A stretch of 32,000 nt of DNA from an uncultured bacterium. Lineage in GTDB: Bacteria; Patescibacteriota; Gracilibacteria; UBA1369; PNNO01. The stretch is taken from contig OY969931.1 of the NCBI GenBank assembly GCA_963704705.1, positions 1,110,001-1,142,000 of the forward strand. The letters run 5' to 3'. Made by a program: the position numbers and the translations under genes. Below, piece after piece: positions 11,355 through 18,782 of the stretch. Below the pieces are notes generated by a model that saw only the letters and a list, made by a program, of their open reading frames with translations, made no database searches and was not told the DNA's origin. Within the stretch, counting starts at the first letter, position 1; each line of letters opens with the position of its first letter.

Positions 11355-11498
11355 TTAGGTGCCGAGTCGTCCTGTCCACGCGAGTACGTGGAAGACGACA
11401 AAAGGCGGGCAGAGCACAGTGAAGATGGCGGTAACCACGATCATGGTGTTGAAGTGACGCTTTGCGCTTCTCTTCAGCTCTTTGTTCTCGTTCATCAT
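11355..11498 (-). CDS. small hydrophobic peptide A (47 aa): MMNENKELKRSAKRHFNTMIVVTAIFTVLCPPFVVFHVLAWTGRLGT
   Basis: Absent from the ORF track, which lists nothing shorter than 60 aa. AAGGAGA Shine-Dalgarno 5 nt upstream of the first ATG (plus-strand tctcctt 11504-11510). Basic N-terminus plus one ~24-aa TM segment. About half G+C by hand count. Terminator follows directly. Confidence 0.55.
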   Translation of the reverse strand: MMNENKELKRSAKRHFNTMIVVTAIFTVLCPPFVVFHVLAWTGRLGT

Positions 11499-11819
11499 AC
11501 TTTCTCCTTTCCTTGTAATGGGTTGGTGCCTCAAAGAACATAAAGCTTCTTGCTGTACTTAAAATCAAGTCAGTAAAAAGACAGGCTAATAAAGTACCAC
11601 AATTAAATACGAAATCAATGTTACATCGTGACTGCCTGCATTTTATACATTCTAAACTTTTTGTCGATTGTTGTTTCGGATTGATGCTTGAGCTCGTCGT
11701 GTTTTTAAATATCGCCCATGGTTTTTTGTGATGAATTTCTTAAGCCGGCTTATTGCATGTGCCTTTGCCCATTTTTTGTTTGATGATTTTAAGTTTTAGA
11801 ATAATTTTTGGATTACAAG

Positions 11820-11854
11820 AAAAAACCTACCGCGCAACATGTGTACGCGGCAGG
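11820..11854 (-). terminator. intrinsic terminator of small ORF B
   Basis: On the minus strand: cctgccgcg-tacacatgttg-cgcggtagg, then tttttt. 9-bp stem with one G-U pair. Confidence 0.7.
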
Positions 11855-11874
11855 CATGAAGCGGCCGGTCAGGA

Positions 11875-11994
11875 TCAGTTGCATCCGGGAAGAGGGACAC
11901 CTATGAAGTGCAGCAACAGTGGCAGAACCCAGAGTATTACTACTACCCCAAGGGCTATCGAAACCCAGAATTTAACTTTCTTGTCTTTTGCCAT
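11875..11994 (-). CDS. small hydrophobic peptide B (39 aa): MAKDKKVKFWVSIALGVVVILWVLPLLLHFIGVPLPGCN
   Basis: Lies in frame inside track ORF 11875..12105. AGGAGA (plus-strand tctcct 12001-12006) sits 6 nt before this ATG; an alternative ATG at 12000 abuts the SD. Lys-rich N-terminus plus one TM segment, GC-rich codons, own terminator. Confidence 0.55.
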   Translation of the reverse strand: MAKDKKVKFWVSIALGVVVILWVLPLLLHFIGVPLPGCN

Positions 11995-12085
11995 TGGCAT
12001 TCTCCTTTCAGATTTCGGCCTGTATAATTTCGAATTGCGCTTCGCAACAACTGGAACGAGCACAATCCAAGCAAATTGTAATTGA

Positions 12086-12113
12086 ACCTTATCACTTTTG
12101 CTCAATTTGTCAA
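12086..12113 (-). promoter_or_regulatory. candidate promoter for small ORF B, back-to-back with the fusA promoter
   Basis: Minus strand: TTGACA (12113-12108), 16 nt, TAAGGT (12091-12086). Confidence 0.35.
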
Positions 12114-12130
12114 CTTAAAGCACTTTGCGT

Positions 12131-12158
12131 TTGACTTTTACCGCATACTCCCTATAAT
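12131..12158 (+). promoter_or_regulatory. candidate promoter for fusA
   Basis: TTGACT (12131-12136), 16 nt, TATAAT (12153-12158), about 55 nt upstream of the fusA ATG. Confidence 0.55.
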
Positions 12159-12211
12159 ACCTCTGGCGCTTTATTAGCGGCCATTTTTATATCTATTTAA
12201 CTATAAAAATC

Positions 12212-14287
12212 ATGTCTGAAGATCTGCGAAAACTGCGAAATATTGGTATTATTGCCCATATTGATGCTGGAAAAACAACTTTTACAGAACGTATATTATT
12301 CTATACCGGTAAAAAACATAAAATCGGTGAAACGCACGATGGTGCAGCTGATATGGACTGGATGGAACAGGAAAAAGAGCGTGGAATTACTATTACTTCG
12401 GCAGCTACTACCTGTTATTGGAAAGACATAAGAATTAATATTATTGATACTCCGGGTCACGTTGACTTTACTGCTGAAGTAGAACGTTCGCTACGTGTTT
12501 TGGATGGCGGTGTTGTTGTGTTTGACGGATCTCAGGGTGTTGAACCTCAATCTGAAACAGTATGGAGACAGGCTGATAAATATCATGTACCAAGAATGGC
12601 TTTCATCAACAAGATGGATAAAATGGGTGCTGATTTTTACATGTCTATTAATTCTATCGAACAAAGATTAAGTGATAAAGCAGTTGCAATTCAGCTTCCA
12701 ATCGGTGCTGAAAGTACTTTCGAAGGAGTTGTAGATCTATTGGAAGAAAAAGCATATAAATTTGAAGGAGAATTCGGGCAAAACATTGTTGCTGTTGATA
12801 TTCCTGAAGATATGAAAGAAAAAGTTGAAGAATACAGACATGTAATGATTGAAAAGGTAGCGGAATGCGATGACAATTTAATGGAAAAATATCTTGAAGG
12901 GCAAGATTTTACAATTGATGAAATTAAAGCAGCTATAAGAAAAGGAACCATCGCAAACCAAATTTATCCTGTTTTATGCGGAACAGCGCTTCAGAATATT
13001 GGTGTACAGCTAATGCTTGATGCTGTTAATTGGTACCTTCCTTCACCTCTTGATATTCCACCAATAAAAGGTATTAATCCAAGAACAGAACAGGAAGAAG
13101 AAAGACCAGCTGATGAAACCAAACCTTTCTCTGCACTTGCATTTAAAATCGCAACAGACCCTTTTGTAGGTAAACTATGTTTCTTTAGGGTTTATTCAGG
13201 AAGACTTGATGCAGGCTCTTATGTTTATAATGCAACAACAGGCCAAAAAGAAAGAATCGGTCGTATTTTACAGATGCATGCGAACTCACGTGAAGAAATC
13301 AAAGAAGTGAAAGCAGGTGATATCGCGGCTACGGTAGGTCTTAAAAACACAATGACAGGAAATACACTATGTGATGAAGGTCATCCGATTGTTTTGGAAT
13401 CAATTGACTTCCCTGAGCCTGTTATTTCGATCGCAATCGAACCTAAAACCAAATCAGATCAAGAGAAGCTTGGACTTTCTCTTCAAAAACTTGCTGAGGA
13501 AGATCCTACTTTCCAGACTTACACTGATGAAGAAACCGGTCAGACTATTATTTCAGGAATGGGTGAGCTTCACCTTGAAGTATTGGTTGATCGTTTAAGA
13601 AGAGAATTTAAAGTTGAAGCGAATGTAGGTAAACCTCAGGTTGCATACCGTGAAACAATTCAATCTGAAGTTGAAATGGAAGAAAAATATTCAAAACAAA
13701 CCGGTGGTCGTGGTCAATACGGACACGTACTTATCAGAGTCATGCCACAAGAACCAGGTAAGGGTTATGAATTCGCTGATAAAATCACTGGTGGTAAAAT
13801 CCCTAAAGAATATATTCAGCCTGTAAATAAGGGTATTCAGGAAGCAATGACAAGAGGTGTTATTGCGGGCTACCCAATGGTTGACCTTAAAGTTGAACTT
13901 TACGATGGTTCATACCACGATGTGGATTCATCTGAAATGGCGTTTAAAATAGCGGGTTCTATCGCCTTCCAAAACGCTGCCAAAAAAGCAAATCCAGTTC
14001 TTCTTGAACCAATAATGAAAGTTGAAGTGGTAACTCCTGAAGAATATTTTGGAGATGTAATGGGTAACTTAAGCTCAAGAAGAGGACAAATTAGTGAATC
14101 AGGCGACAGAGGACCAGTTAAATTTATCAAGGCCGAAGTGCCTTTAAGTGAAATGTTCGGTTATACAACTGACTTAAGATCAATGACTCAAGGTAGAGCA
14201 ACTTCAACAATGGAATTTGGACATTATTCAAAAGTTCCTAAGAATGTTGAAGAAAAGGTAGTTGCTGAACGAACAGGAAAAAAATAA
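12212..14287 (+). CDS. fusA: translation elongation factor G
   Basis: [21 protein letters not shown] GTPase motifs; 691 aa with full EF-G architecture. Confidence 0.98.
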   Translation: MSEDLRKLRNIGIIAHIDAGKTTFTERILFYTGKKHKIGETHDGAADMDWMEQEKERGITITSAATTCYWKDIRINIIDTPGHVDFTAEVERSLRVLDGGVVVFDGSQGVEPQSETVWRQADKYHVPRMAFINKMDKMGADFYMSINSIEQRLSDKAVAIQLPIGAESTFEGVVDLLEEKAYKFEGEFGQNIVAVDIPEDMKEKVEEYRHVMIEKVAECDDNLMEKYLEGQDFTIDEIKAAIRKGTIANQIYPVLCGTALQNIGVQLMLDAVNWYLPSPLDIPPIKGINPRTEQEEERPADETKPFSALAFKIATDPFVGKLCFFRVYSGRLDAGSYVYNATTGQKERIGRILQMHANSREEIKEVKAGDIAATVGLKNTMTGNTLCDEGHPIVLESIDFPEPVISIAIEPKTKSDQEKLGLSLQKLAEEDPTFQTYTDEETGQTIISGMGELHLEVLVDRLRREFKVEANVGKPQVAYRETIQSEVEMEEKYSKQTGGRGQYGHVLIRVMPQEPGKGYEFADKITGGKIPKEYIQPVNKGIQEAMTRGVIAGYPMVDLKVELYDGSYHDVDSSEMAFKIAGSIAFQNAAKKANPVLLEPIMKVEVVTPEEYFGDVMGNLSSRRGQISESGDRGPVKFIKAEVPLSEMFGYTTDLRSMTQGRATSTMEFGHYSKVPKNVEEKVVAERTGKK

Positions 14288-14289
14288 TT

Positions 14290-14460
14290 ATGGATAAAAA
14301 GTACGACCCACTAGCTCCACATATACCAGAAGACATGACTCCAGAAGAAGCTGAAGCTGAAAATCAGCGATTGTTACGACAGCAGATGGAAGACGACATG
14401 TTTCAGGAGGCTCATGGGATAAAAAGACGTACTGCAAAAATTACTAGGCTTGATGATTAA
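14290..14460 (+). CDS. hypothetical acidic 56-aa protein, starts 2 nt after the fusA stop
   Basis: Absent from the ORF track. ATG 14290, TAA 14458-14460: MDKKYDPLAPHIPEDMTPEEAEAENQRLLRQQMEDDMFQEAHGIKRRTAKITRLDD. Overlaps the next ORF start by 8 nt. Confidence 0.4.
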   Translation: MDKKYDPLAPHIPEDMTPEEAEAENQRLLRQQMEDDMFQEAHGIKRRTAKITRLDD

Positions 14461-14704
14461 AATTAACGAGCTTACAAAGCGAATTAAAAATTCGCAATAT
14501 CTTTATGACAATGAAAAAGCTGAACTGCTTGCGGATTTGCCAAACCTAACAGATAATGAATTAAATACTCTGAATGACATTTTTATTGATGTGGATAATG
14601 AATATGAAGTCTTAACCGAGGCAAGTTATTTTGCTGTGTCCGGCTTAATGCAAGCATTCATCACAATGAATGATTTTGAAATTAAAAATCAAAAAAATGC
14701 CTGA
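14453..14704 (+). CDS. hypothetical acidic 83-aa protein
   Basis: The track ORF starts at TTG 14450; ATG at 14453 preferred. Overlapping start/stop with both neighbours suggests coupling. No family recognised. Confidence 0.5.
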   Translation: MIKINELTKRIKNSQYLYDNEKAELLADLPNLTDNELNTLNDIFIDVDNEYEVLTEASYFAVSGLMQAFITMNDFEIKNQKNA

Positions 14705-15458
14705 AAGATATAAAGGCCCCGAAAAAAAAGAAGTTAATAGACAAAAACTAATGCCTTCCCGCAGAGAGATTGGACGTGTTTTAAAATCCGGTCCTGCAAA
14801 CAAATTGCGACAACAAACTAATTTATTGAAATTAAAAGGTATCAATCAACTTAAAAACACCCCTGGACCAAAAGAACAAGTTACAACAATTGTAAAACTT
14901 GCTGAAAATTTAAAAAACAGAGTTGCCAAACAGGTTAGAGGCAAATTAAATGGAGAACTTAATAAAAAACAATCAGATTTATTAAATATGCGCTTTAGAT
15001 TACCTAATCAACAATCCTCAAGAGAAAGCCAAAAAGGCAAAGTTGTTTTGAAATTAAAAGGTTTAGGTGTAGGCGTGAAATATAGCAAAGGCGGTTCCAA
15101 TATTGAAGTTGCCATAAAAAAAGGCCCTGATAAAAGAACTCCTGTTGATGCAAAAGTTAAAGCCAATATTCGTATTCCTGGCCAGGAAAACACAACACTC
15201 CATTTAAGATATGATCATAAACTTAAAAGGTTTTCTGTTAGCGGAGATTATACACTTGCTAATGCAGGTAAATTATTAGGTAAAAAAGCTCAGCTTAATG
15301 TTAATGCAAATGTTGCGGTTTCTCCAAAAGAATCAAATTATTCAACTTCGGTCACTTATGGGAACGACAAATTGAAATTAGAAGCTCGCACAGATCTGAC
15401 TTATCAAAGAGGCAGGGTCTCATATCAAGTCGTGGGTGGGGTCAGCGCCAGATTTTAA
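14697..15458 (+). CDS. hypothetical protein: very basic N-terminal half, beta-strand-patterned C-terminal half ending ...YQVVGGVSARF
   Basis: ATG 14697 overlaps the upstream TGA (ATGCCTGA); an alternative ATG lies at 14670. No signal peptide or recognisable domain. Confidence 0.6.
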   Translation: MPERYKGPEKKEVNRQKLMPSRREIGRVLKSGPANKLRQQTNLLKLKGINQLKNTPGPKEQVTTIVKLAENLKNRVAKQVRGKLNGELNKKQSDLLNMRFRLPNQQSSRESQKGKVVLKLKGLGVGVKYSKGGSNIEVAIKKGPDKRTPVDAKVKANIRIPGQENTTLHLRYDHKLKRFSVSGDYTLANAGKLLGKKAQLNVNANVAVSPKESNYSTSVTYGNDKLKLEARTDLTYQRGRVSYQVVGGVSARF

Positions 15459-15465
15459 AATTCCC

Positions 15466-15494
15466 TTGCATTTAACTTCTATATTCGCTAATAT
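15466..15494 (+). promoter_or_regulatory. candidate promoter for tuf
   Basis: TTGCAT (15466-15471), 17 nt, TAATAT (15489-15494). A small tggact-ttct-agtcca hairpin sits in the leader. Confidence 0.5.
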
Positions 15495-15555
15495 CTCTCA
15501 AGCGTTTGGACTTTCTAGTCCATGCATTAAATTATATCACTAATAACCCAAAAAT

Positions 15556-16749
15556 ATGGCTGAACAAGAAAAGTTTGATCGTTCAAAGCCACACGTTAAC
15601 GTGGGTACCATCGGGCACGTAGACCATGGTAAAACAACTCTAACTGCTGCTATCACTGCTGTTGCTGCTGCAAAAATGGGTGGTAAAAACAAAGCAGTTG
15701 CGTTCGATCAAATCGACAATGCTCCTGAAGAAAAAGAAAGAGGTATTACAATCGCAACCTCTCACCAGGAGTACGAAACAGAAAAAAGACACTATGCGCA
15801 CGTGGATTGTCCAGGGCATGCTGACTACGTAAAAAATATGATCACTGGTGCGGCACAAATGGATGGTGCGATTCTTGTAGTATCTGCTGCAGACGGACCA
15901 ATGCCACAAACTCGTGAACACATACTATTGGCTCATCAGGTAAACGTTCCATACATTATTGTTTTTTTAAACAAAATGGATATGGCTGACCCTGAAGTTG
16001 CTGAACTTGCAGAAATGGAAGTTCGCGATCTTTTAACTAAATATGAATACCCTGGAGACGAAATTCCAGTTATTAAAGGATCTGCTCTTAAAGCTCTTGA
16101 AAATCCAACAGGGCCAGATGCAGAACCAATTGTTGAATTATTAAACACGCTTGATACTTATATTCCGGATCCAAAACGTGAAATCGATAAAGATTTCTTA
16201 ATGCCTGTGGAAGATGTATTCTCTATTAAAGGTAGAGGTACTGTTGCTACCGGACGTATTGATACAGGAATTGTAAGAATTAATGACGAAGTAGAAATCG
16301 TTGGAATTAAACCAACAAGAAAAGTTATTGTTACAGGAGTTGAAATGTTCAAAAAACTTCTTGATGAAGGACGCGCTGGTGATAACGTTGGTGTTCTTTT
16401 AAGAGGTATTGAAAGAGAAGAAATCGAAAGAGGACAGGTTCTTGCTAAACCAGGAACAATTAAACCACACACTAAATTCGAAGCTGAAGTTTACATCCTA
16501 ACTAAAGAAGAAGGCGGACGTCATACTCCATTCTTCAAAGGATACAAACCTCAATTCTATATCAGAACTACTGATGTAACCGGTTCAATCGAACTTCCAC
16601 CGGATGTTGAAATGGTAATGCCTGGTGATAAAGTAAACATGAAAGTTGAACTTGGTACACCAATCGCGATGGATGAAGGTCAAAGATTTGCGATTCGTGA
16701 AGGTGGTAGAACAGTTGGAGCTGGTGTAGTAGCTAAAATCATGGATTAG
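15556..16749 (+). CDS. tuf: translation elongation factor Tu
   Basis: [22 protein letters not shown]; 397 aa, highly conserved throughout. Confidence 0.99.
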   Translation: MAEQEKFDRSKPHVNVGTIGHVDHGKTTLTAAITAVAAAKMGGKNKAVAFDQIDNAPEEKERGITIATSHQEYETEKRHYAHVDCPGHADYVKNMITGAAQMDGAILVVSAADGPMPQTREHILLAHQVNVPYIIVFLNKMDMADPEVAELAEMEVRDLLTKYEYPGDEIPVIKGSALKALENPTGPDAEPIVELLNTLDTYIPDPKREIDKDFLMPVEDVFSIKGRGTVATGRIDTGIVRINDEVEIVGIKPTRKVIVTGVEMFKKLLDEGRAGDNVGVLLRGIEREEIERGQVLAKPGTIKPHTKFEAEVYILTKEEGGRHTPFFKGYKPQFYIRTTDVTGSIELPPDVEMVMPGDKVNMKVELGTPIAMDEGQRFAIREGGRTVGAGVVAKIMD

Positions 16750-16805
16750 AGAGCGACCAAAGGGAGCTCTTTGGAGCGAGCCGCGTTAAGGCGGCGAGCG
16801 AAGCT
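16750..16805 (+). repeat. R4: GC-rich repeat copy starting right after the tuf stop
   Basis: agagcgaccaaagggagctctttggagcgagccgcgttaaggcggcgagcgaagc. AGAGC (16750-16754) pairs with GCTCT (16766-16770). Second small stem gccgc/gcggc. Confidence 0.65.
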
Positions 16806-16825
16806 AAAAAATATAAGTCCTAGTC

Positions 16826-16853
16826 GCCCCTGCCGAAAGGTGGGGGCTTTTTT
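16826..16853 (+). terminator. intrinsic terminator after tuf
   Basis: gcccctgcc-gaaa-ggtgggggc, then tttttt. GAAA tetraloop, two G-U pairs. Confidence 0.7.
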
Positions 16854-16901
16854 AGACCAGGTCTGGCGGGTAGACCAGGTCTGGCCGCCAGACCTGGTCT
16901 A
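16853..16901. promoter_or_regulatory. array of three 15-bp TAGACCAGGTCTGGC units (two direct, one inverted), each holding the palindrome AGACC-W-GGTCT
   Basis: Units at 16853-16867, 16871-16885 and inverted at 16887-16901. Units 2 and 3 form a perfect 31-bp palindrome. Core centres are 18 bp apart. The array ends 5 bp before the -35 of the next promoter. Confidence 0.6.
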
Positions 16902-16906
16902 AATCA

Positions 16907-16935
16907 TTTACAACCTAAGTGAATTCTGGTATAAT
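16907..16935 (+). promoter_or_regulatory. candidate promoter (extended -10) for the 16972-18297 gene pair
   Basis: TTTACA (16907-16912), 17 nt ending in TGG, TATAAT (16930-16935). Confidence 0.55.
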
Positions 16936-16971
16936 AATAATGTATTAATATATCCTTAAACAAAAATAAAT

Positions 16972-17382
16972 ATGTCACCAGAAACACCAAAAAATCCAGG
17001 TGCAGGAGAAACTCATGAAGTAAAGGGTACGTCTCCGGAAAAACAAAAGAAAGACCAACAGCTAATGGACAAGCTTTTAACTGGTCTACCAGGCTATAAG
17101 CCAAAAACAGAAAAAGCAAAACAAGGTGCAAAAGCTGTTGAAAAAAAGGATGCTAAACTTAAAAAAGGCACAGCTGAATACAAGAAGAGACTTGCAGAGC
17201 TTACAGACATTGATATTGGTCCAAATGATAAGCTAAAAAATGTAAAAATTGCAGGCGAAGGTATGACAAAAGAACAAATTGCAGGCAAACAAGGAGCAAA
17301 GGCTCCTAATGAAGCACTTGCAAAAAAATCTACAAAAAATGCTCCTAGCTCAGGCACTCCTGAAAGAAAAGGTCTTGCATAA
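16972..17382 (+). CDS. hypothetical lysine-rich, low-complexity protein (136 aa)
   Basis: Long ORF behind a good promoter. Internal KQGAKA repeat, no TM segment, signal peptide or recognisable domain. Confidence 0.55.
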   Translation: MSPETPKNPGAGETHEVKGTSPEKQKKDQQLMDKLLTGLPGYKPKTEKAKQGAKAVEKKDAKLKKGTAEYKKRLAELTDIDIGPNDKLKNVKIAGEGMTKEQIAGKQGAKAPNEALAKKSTKNAPSSGTPERKGLA

Positions 17383-17397
17383 ACTTAATTAATTTTA

Positions 17398-18297
17398 ATG
17401 GATGAGTTAAAGAATCATTTAGAGAAACTGATTGAGCTTTCCCCTACCTTAAAGTCTCTTTCTGATGAAGAAAGGGCTTTGCGTGTTAAAAGTATGCTTA
17501 ATTCTTCTCCGGAAAAAATGCAGGAGATAATTAAAGTTTTGGAGGAAGAACAGGAATTCATGCAAAATGTTGAATCGGAATTTCAGGAGCATGCTGATGA
17601 AGTAAACGCGTTTTATGATGAAGTAAAAGAAGAAAAACATGTACAGGAAAGACAGGAAATGAAAAAAGCGGAAACAGAGGACCTTAAAGTCGCGAATAAA
17701 GAAGTTTCTATACTTATGCAAAAACTAGAAGATGTAGCAAAAAAAGAACCTGAGCAATTAAAAGAAGTTAAAAATAAAAAATACAAATTCACAGATTTAT
17801 TTAAAGGAAAAATAACTTTAATGAAATTCGTTCGCGGCACACTTGCGGCAATAATCGGCACTGTTTTATGCGGACTTGCAGGCATTCTGGTTGTTTTTGG
17901 GATTGTTTTTAGTATGGGAAAGTACGTAAAACTTGAAGTTGTATATAATTTGGAACCGCTAGTTAGTTTTAATGCTTATTGGTTTGCGTTAATTTATGCT
18001 GCATTGATAGGACTTATTTTAATTCCATTATTAAGATTGATGAAGAATAAAAGCTTTTTATTAAGCCTTTTATTGGGAGGTGTTATTGGCGGCTTACTGC
18101 TTGCTTTATCCCATATGGCTTTTGGGCTTGATACCGACATTTTATTGCTCCAGGATTCAACTCCAATACATTTAAGAGGCTACTGGGTAGCTACAGGCTT
18201 TGCAGTAATTGTTGGATTCCTAAGCCAATTTGTTTATCGTTTAATTAATTTAGGAGAATTTTTCAATTTGACTTCTAAAGAAAATTCAATAGAATAG
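17398..18297 (+). CDS. hypothetical membrane protein: acidic coiled-coil-like N-terminal half plus four predicted TM helices
   Basis: 299 aa. E/K-rich N-terminus, then hydrophobic segments [79 protein letters not shown]. Confidence 0.7.
   Translation: MDELKNHLEKLIELSPTLKSLSDEERALRVKSMLNSSPEKMQEIIKVLEEEQEFMQNVESEFQEHADEVNAFYDEVKEEKHVQERQEMKKAETEDLKVANKEVSILMQKLEDVAKKEPEQLKEVKNKKYKFTDLFKGKITLMKFVRGTLAAIIGTVLCGLAGILVVFGIVFSMGKYVKLEVVYNLEPLVSFNAYWFALIYAALIGLILIPLLRLMKNKSFLLSLLLGGVIGGLLLALSHMAFGLDTDILLLQDSTPIHLRGYWVATGFAVIVGFLSQFVYRLINLGEFFNLTSKENSIE
18268..18295 (+). promoter_or_regulatory. candidate promoter for rpsJ, overlapping the 3' end of the upstream ORF
   Basis: TTGACT (18268-18273), 16 nt, TAGAAT (18290-18295). 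Confidence 0.45.
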
Positions 18298-18301
18298 AGG
18301 G

Positions 18302-18433
18302 GCAACAAAATTATGTGTCCTGCTTTTAGGACGCATGCCGCTTACAAAGCGGTACAGCCCGAAACTTCTATTAACAGCTATTATTAATAGCCGGGCAAAT
18401 GTTGACCCGGTATTTTTTAACAACTTAAAAGTC
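18302..18433 (+). promoter_or_regulatory. structured rpsJ leader with four hairpins, the last terminator-like
   Basis: H1 18313-18336 (8-bp stem atgtgtcc/ggacgcat), H2 18337-18353 (ccgctt/aagcgg), H3 18377-18391 (gctatt/aatagc), H4 18391-18410 (ccggg/cccgg). H4 is followed by tatttttt and ends 16 nt before the ATG. Confidence 0.45.
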
Positions 18434-18769
18434 ATGTCACCTTCAAAGCAAAAAATCAGGATCAAGCTTAGAGCTTATGATCACAAAATCATTGATGACA
18501 GCGCAAAACTAATCATTGATACAGCAGTAAGAACAGGAGCAATTATTAACGGCCCTATTCCCCTACCAACGAAAATCGAAAAATATACAGTAAACAAATC
18601 TACTTTCGTACACAAAAATTCAAGAGAACAGTTTGAAATCAGAACTCACAAACGTCTTATTGATATAAGCGAAAGTACTCCAAAAACAATTGAAAACCTT
18701 TCTAATTTGACCCTTCCTGCAGGTGTTGATATTGAAATCAAAATGCTGATAAACCCTAAAGGAGAATAA
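18434..18769 (+). CDS. rpsJ: 30S ribosomal protein S10
   Basis: From [21 protein letters not shown] the match to S10 is full length (111 aa). The 33 codons upstream in the track ORF fall in the structured leader and were trimmed. Confidence 0.93.
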   Translation: MSPSKQKIRIKLRAYDHKIIDDSAKLIIDTAVRTGAIINGPIPLPTKIEKYTVNKSTFVHKNSREQFEIRTHKRLIDISESTPKTIENLSNLTLPAGVDIEIKMLINPKGE

Positions 18770-18782
18770 TTTCTTGATGTAT

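Noticed and set aside
11266-12105. Track ORFs 11266..11568 (-,100 aa), 11325..11543 (+,72 aa), 11753..12085 (+,110 aa) and the full-length 11875..12105 (-,76 aa) as genes
   Set aside because: They have Arg/His/Cys-rich or otherwise odd composition and no translation signals. They lie out of frame or extend 5' of the two short ORFs, which do have AGGAGA sites, TM helices and terminators. They are best explained as shadows of a locally GC-rich region.
16853-16901. The 31-bp palindrome and direct repeat as transposon terminal inverted repeats or an integrase att site bounding the tuf|rpsJ insertion
   Set aside because: I found no matching copy at the other end of the insertion (18298-18433) and no transposase or integrase in the window. 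Its position against a -35 box fits an operator or RNA structure better.
18335-18433. N-terminal 33-codon extension of rpsJ (track start 18335), and likewise the rpsS extension from 24657
   Set aside because: Homology to S10 and S19 begins at the internal ATGs (18434 and 24717). The rpsJ extension falls in the hairpin-rich leader and the rpsS extension overlaps the end of rplB.
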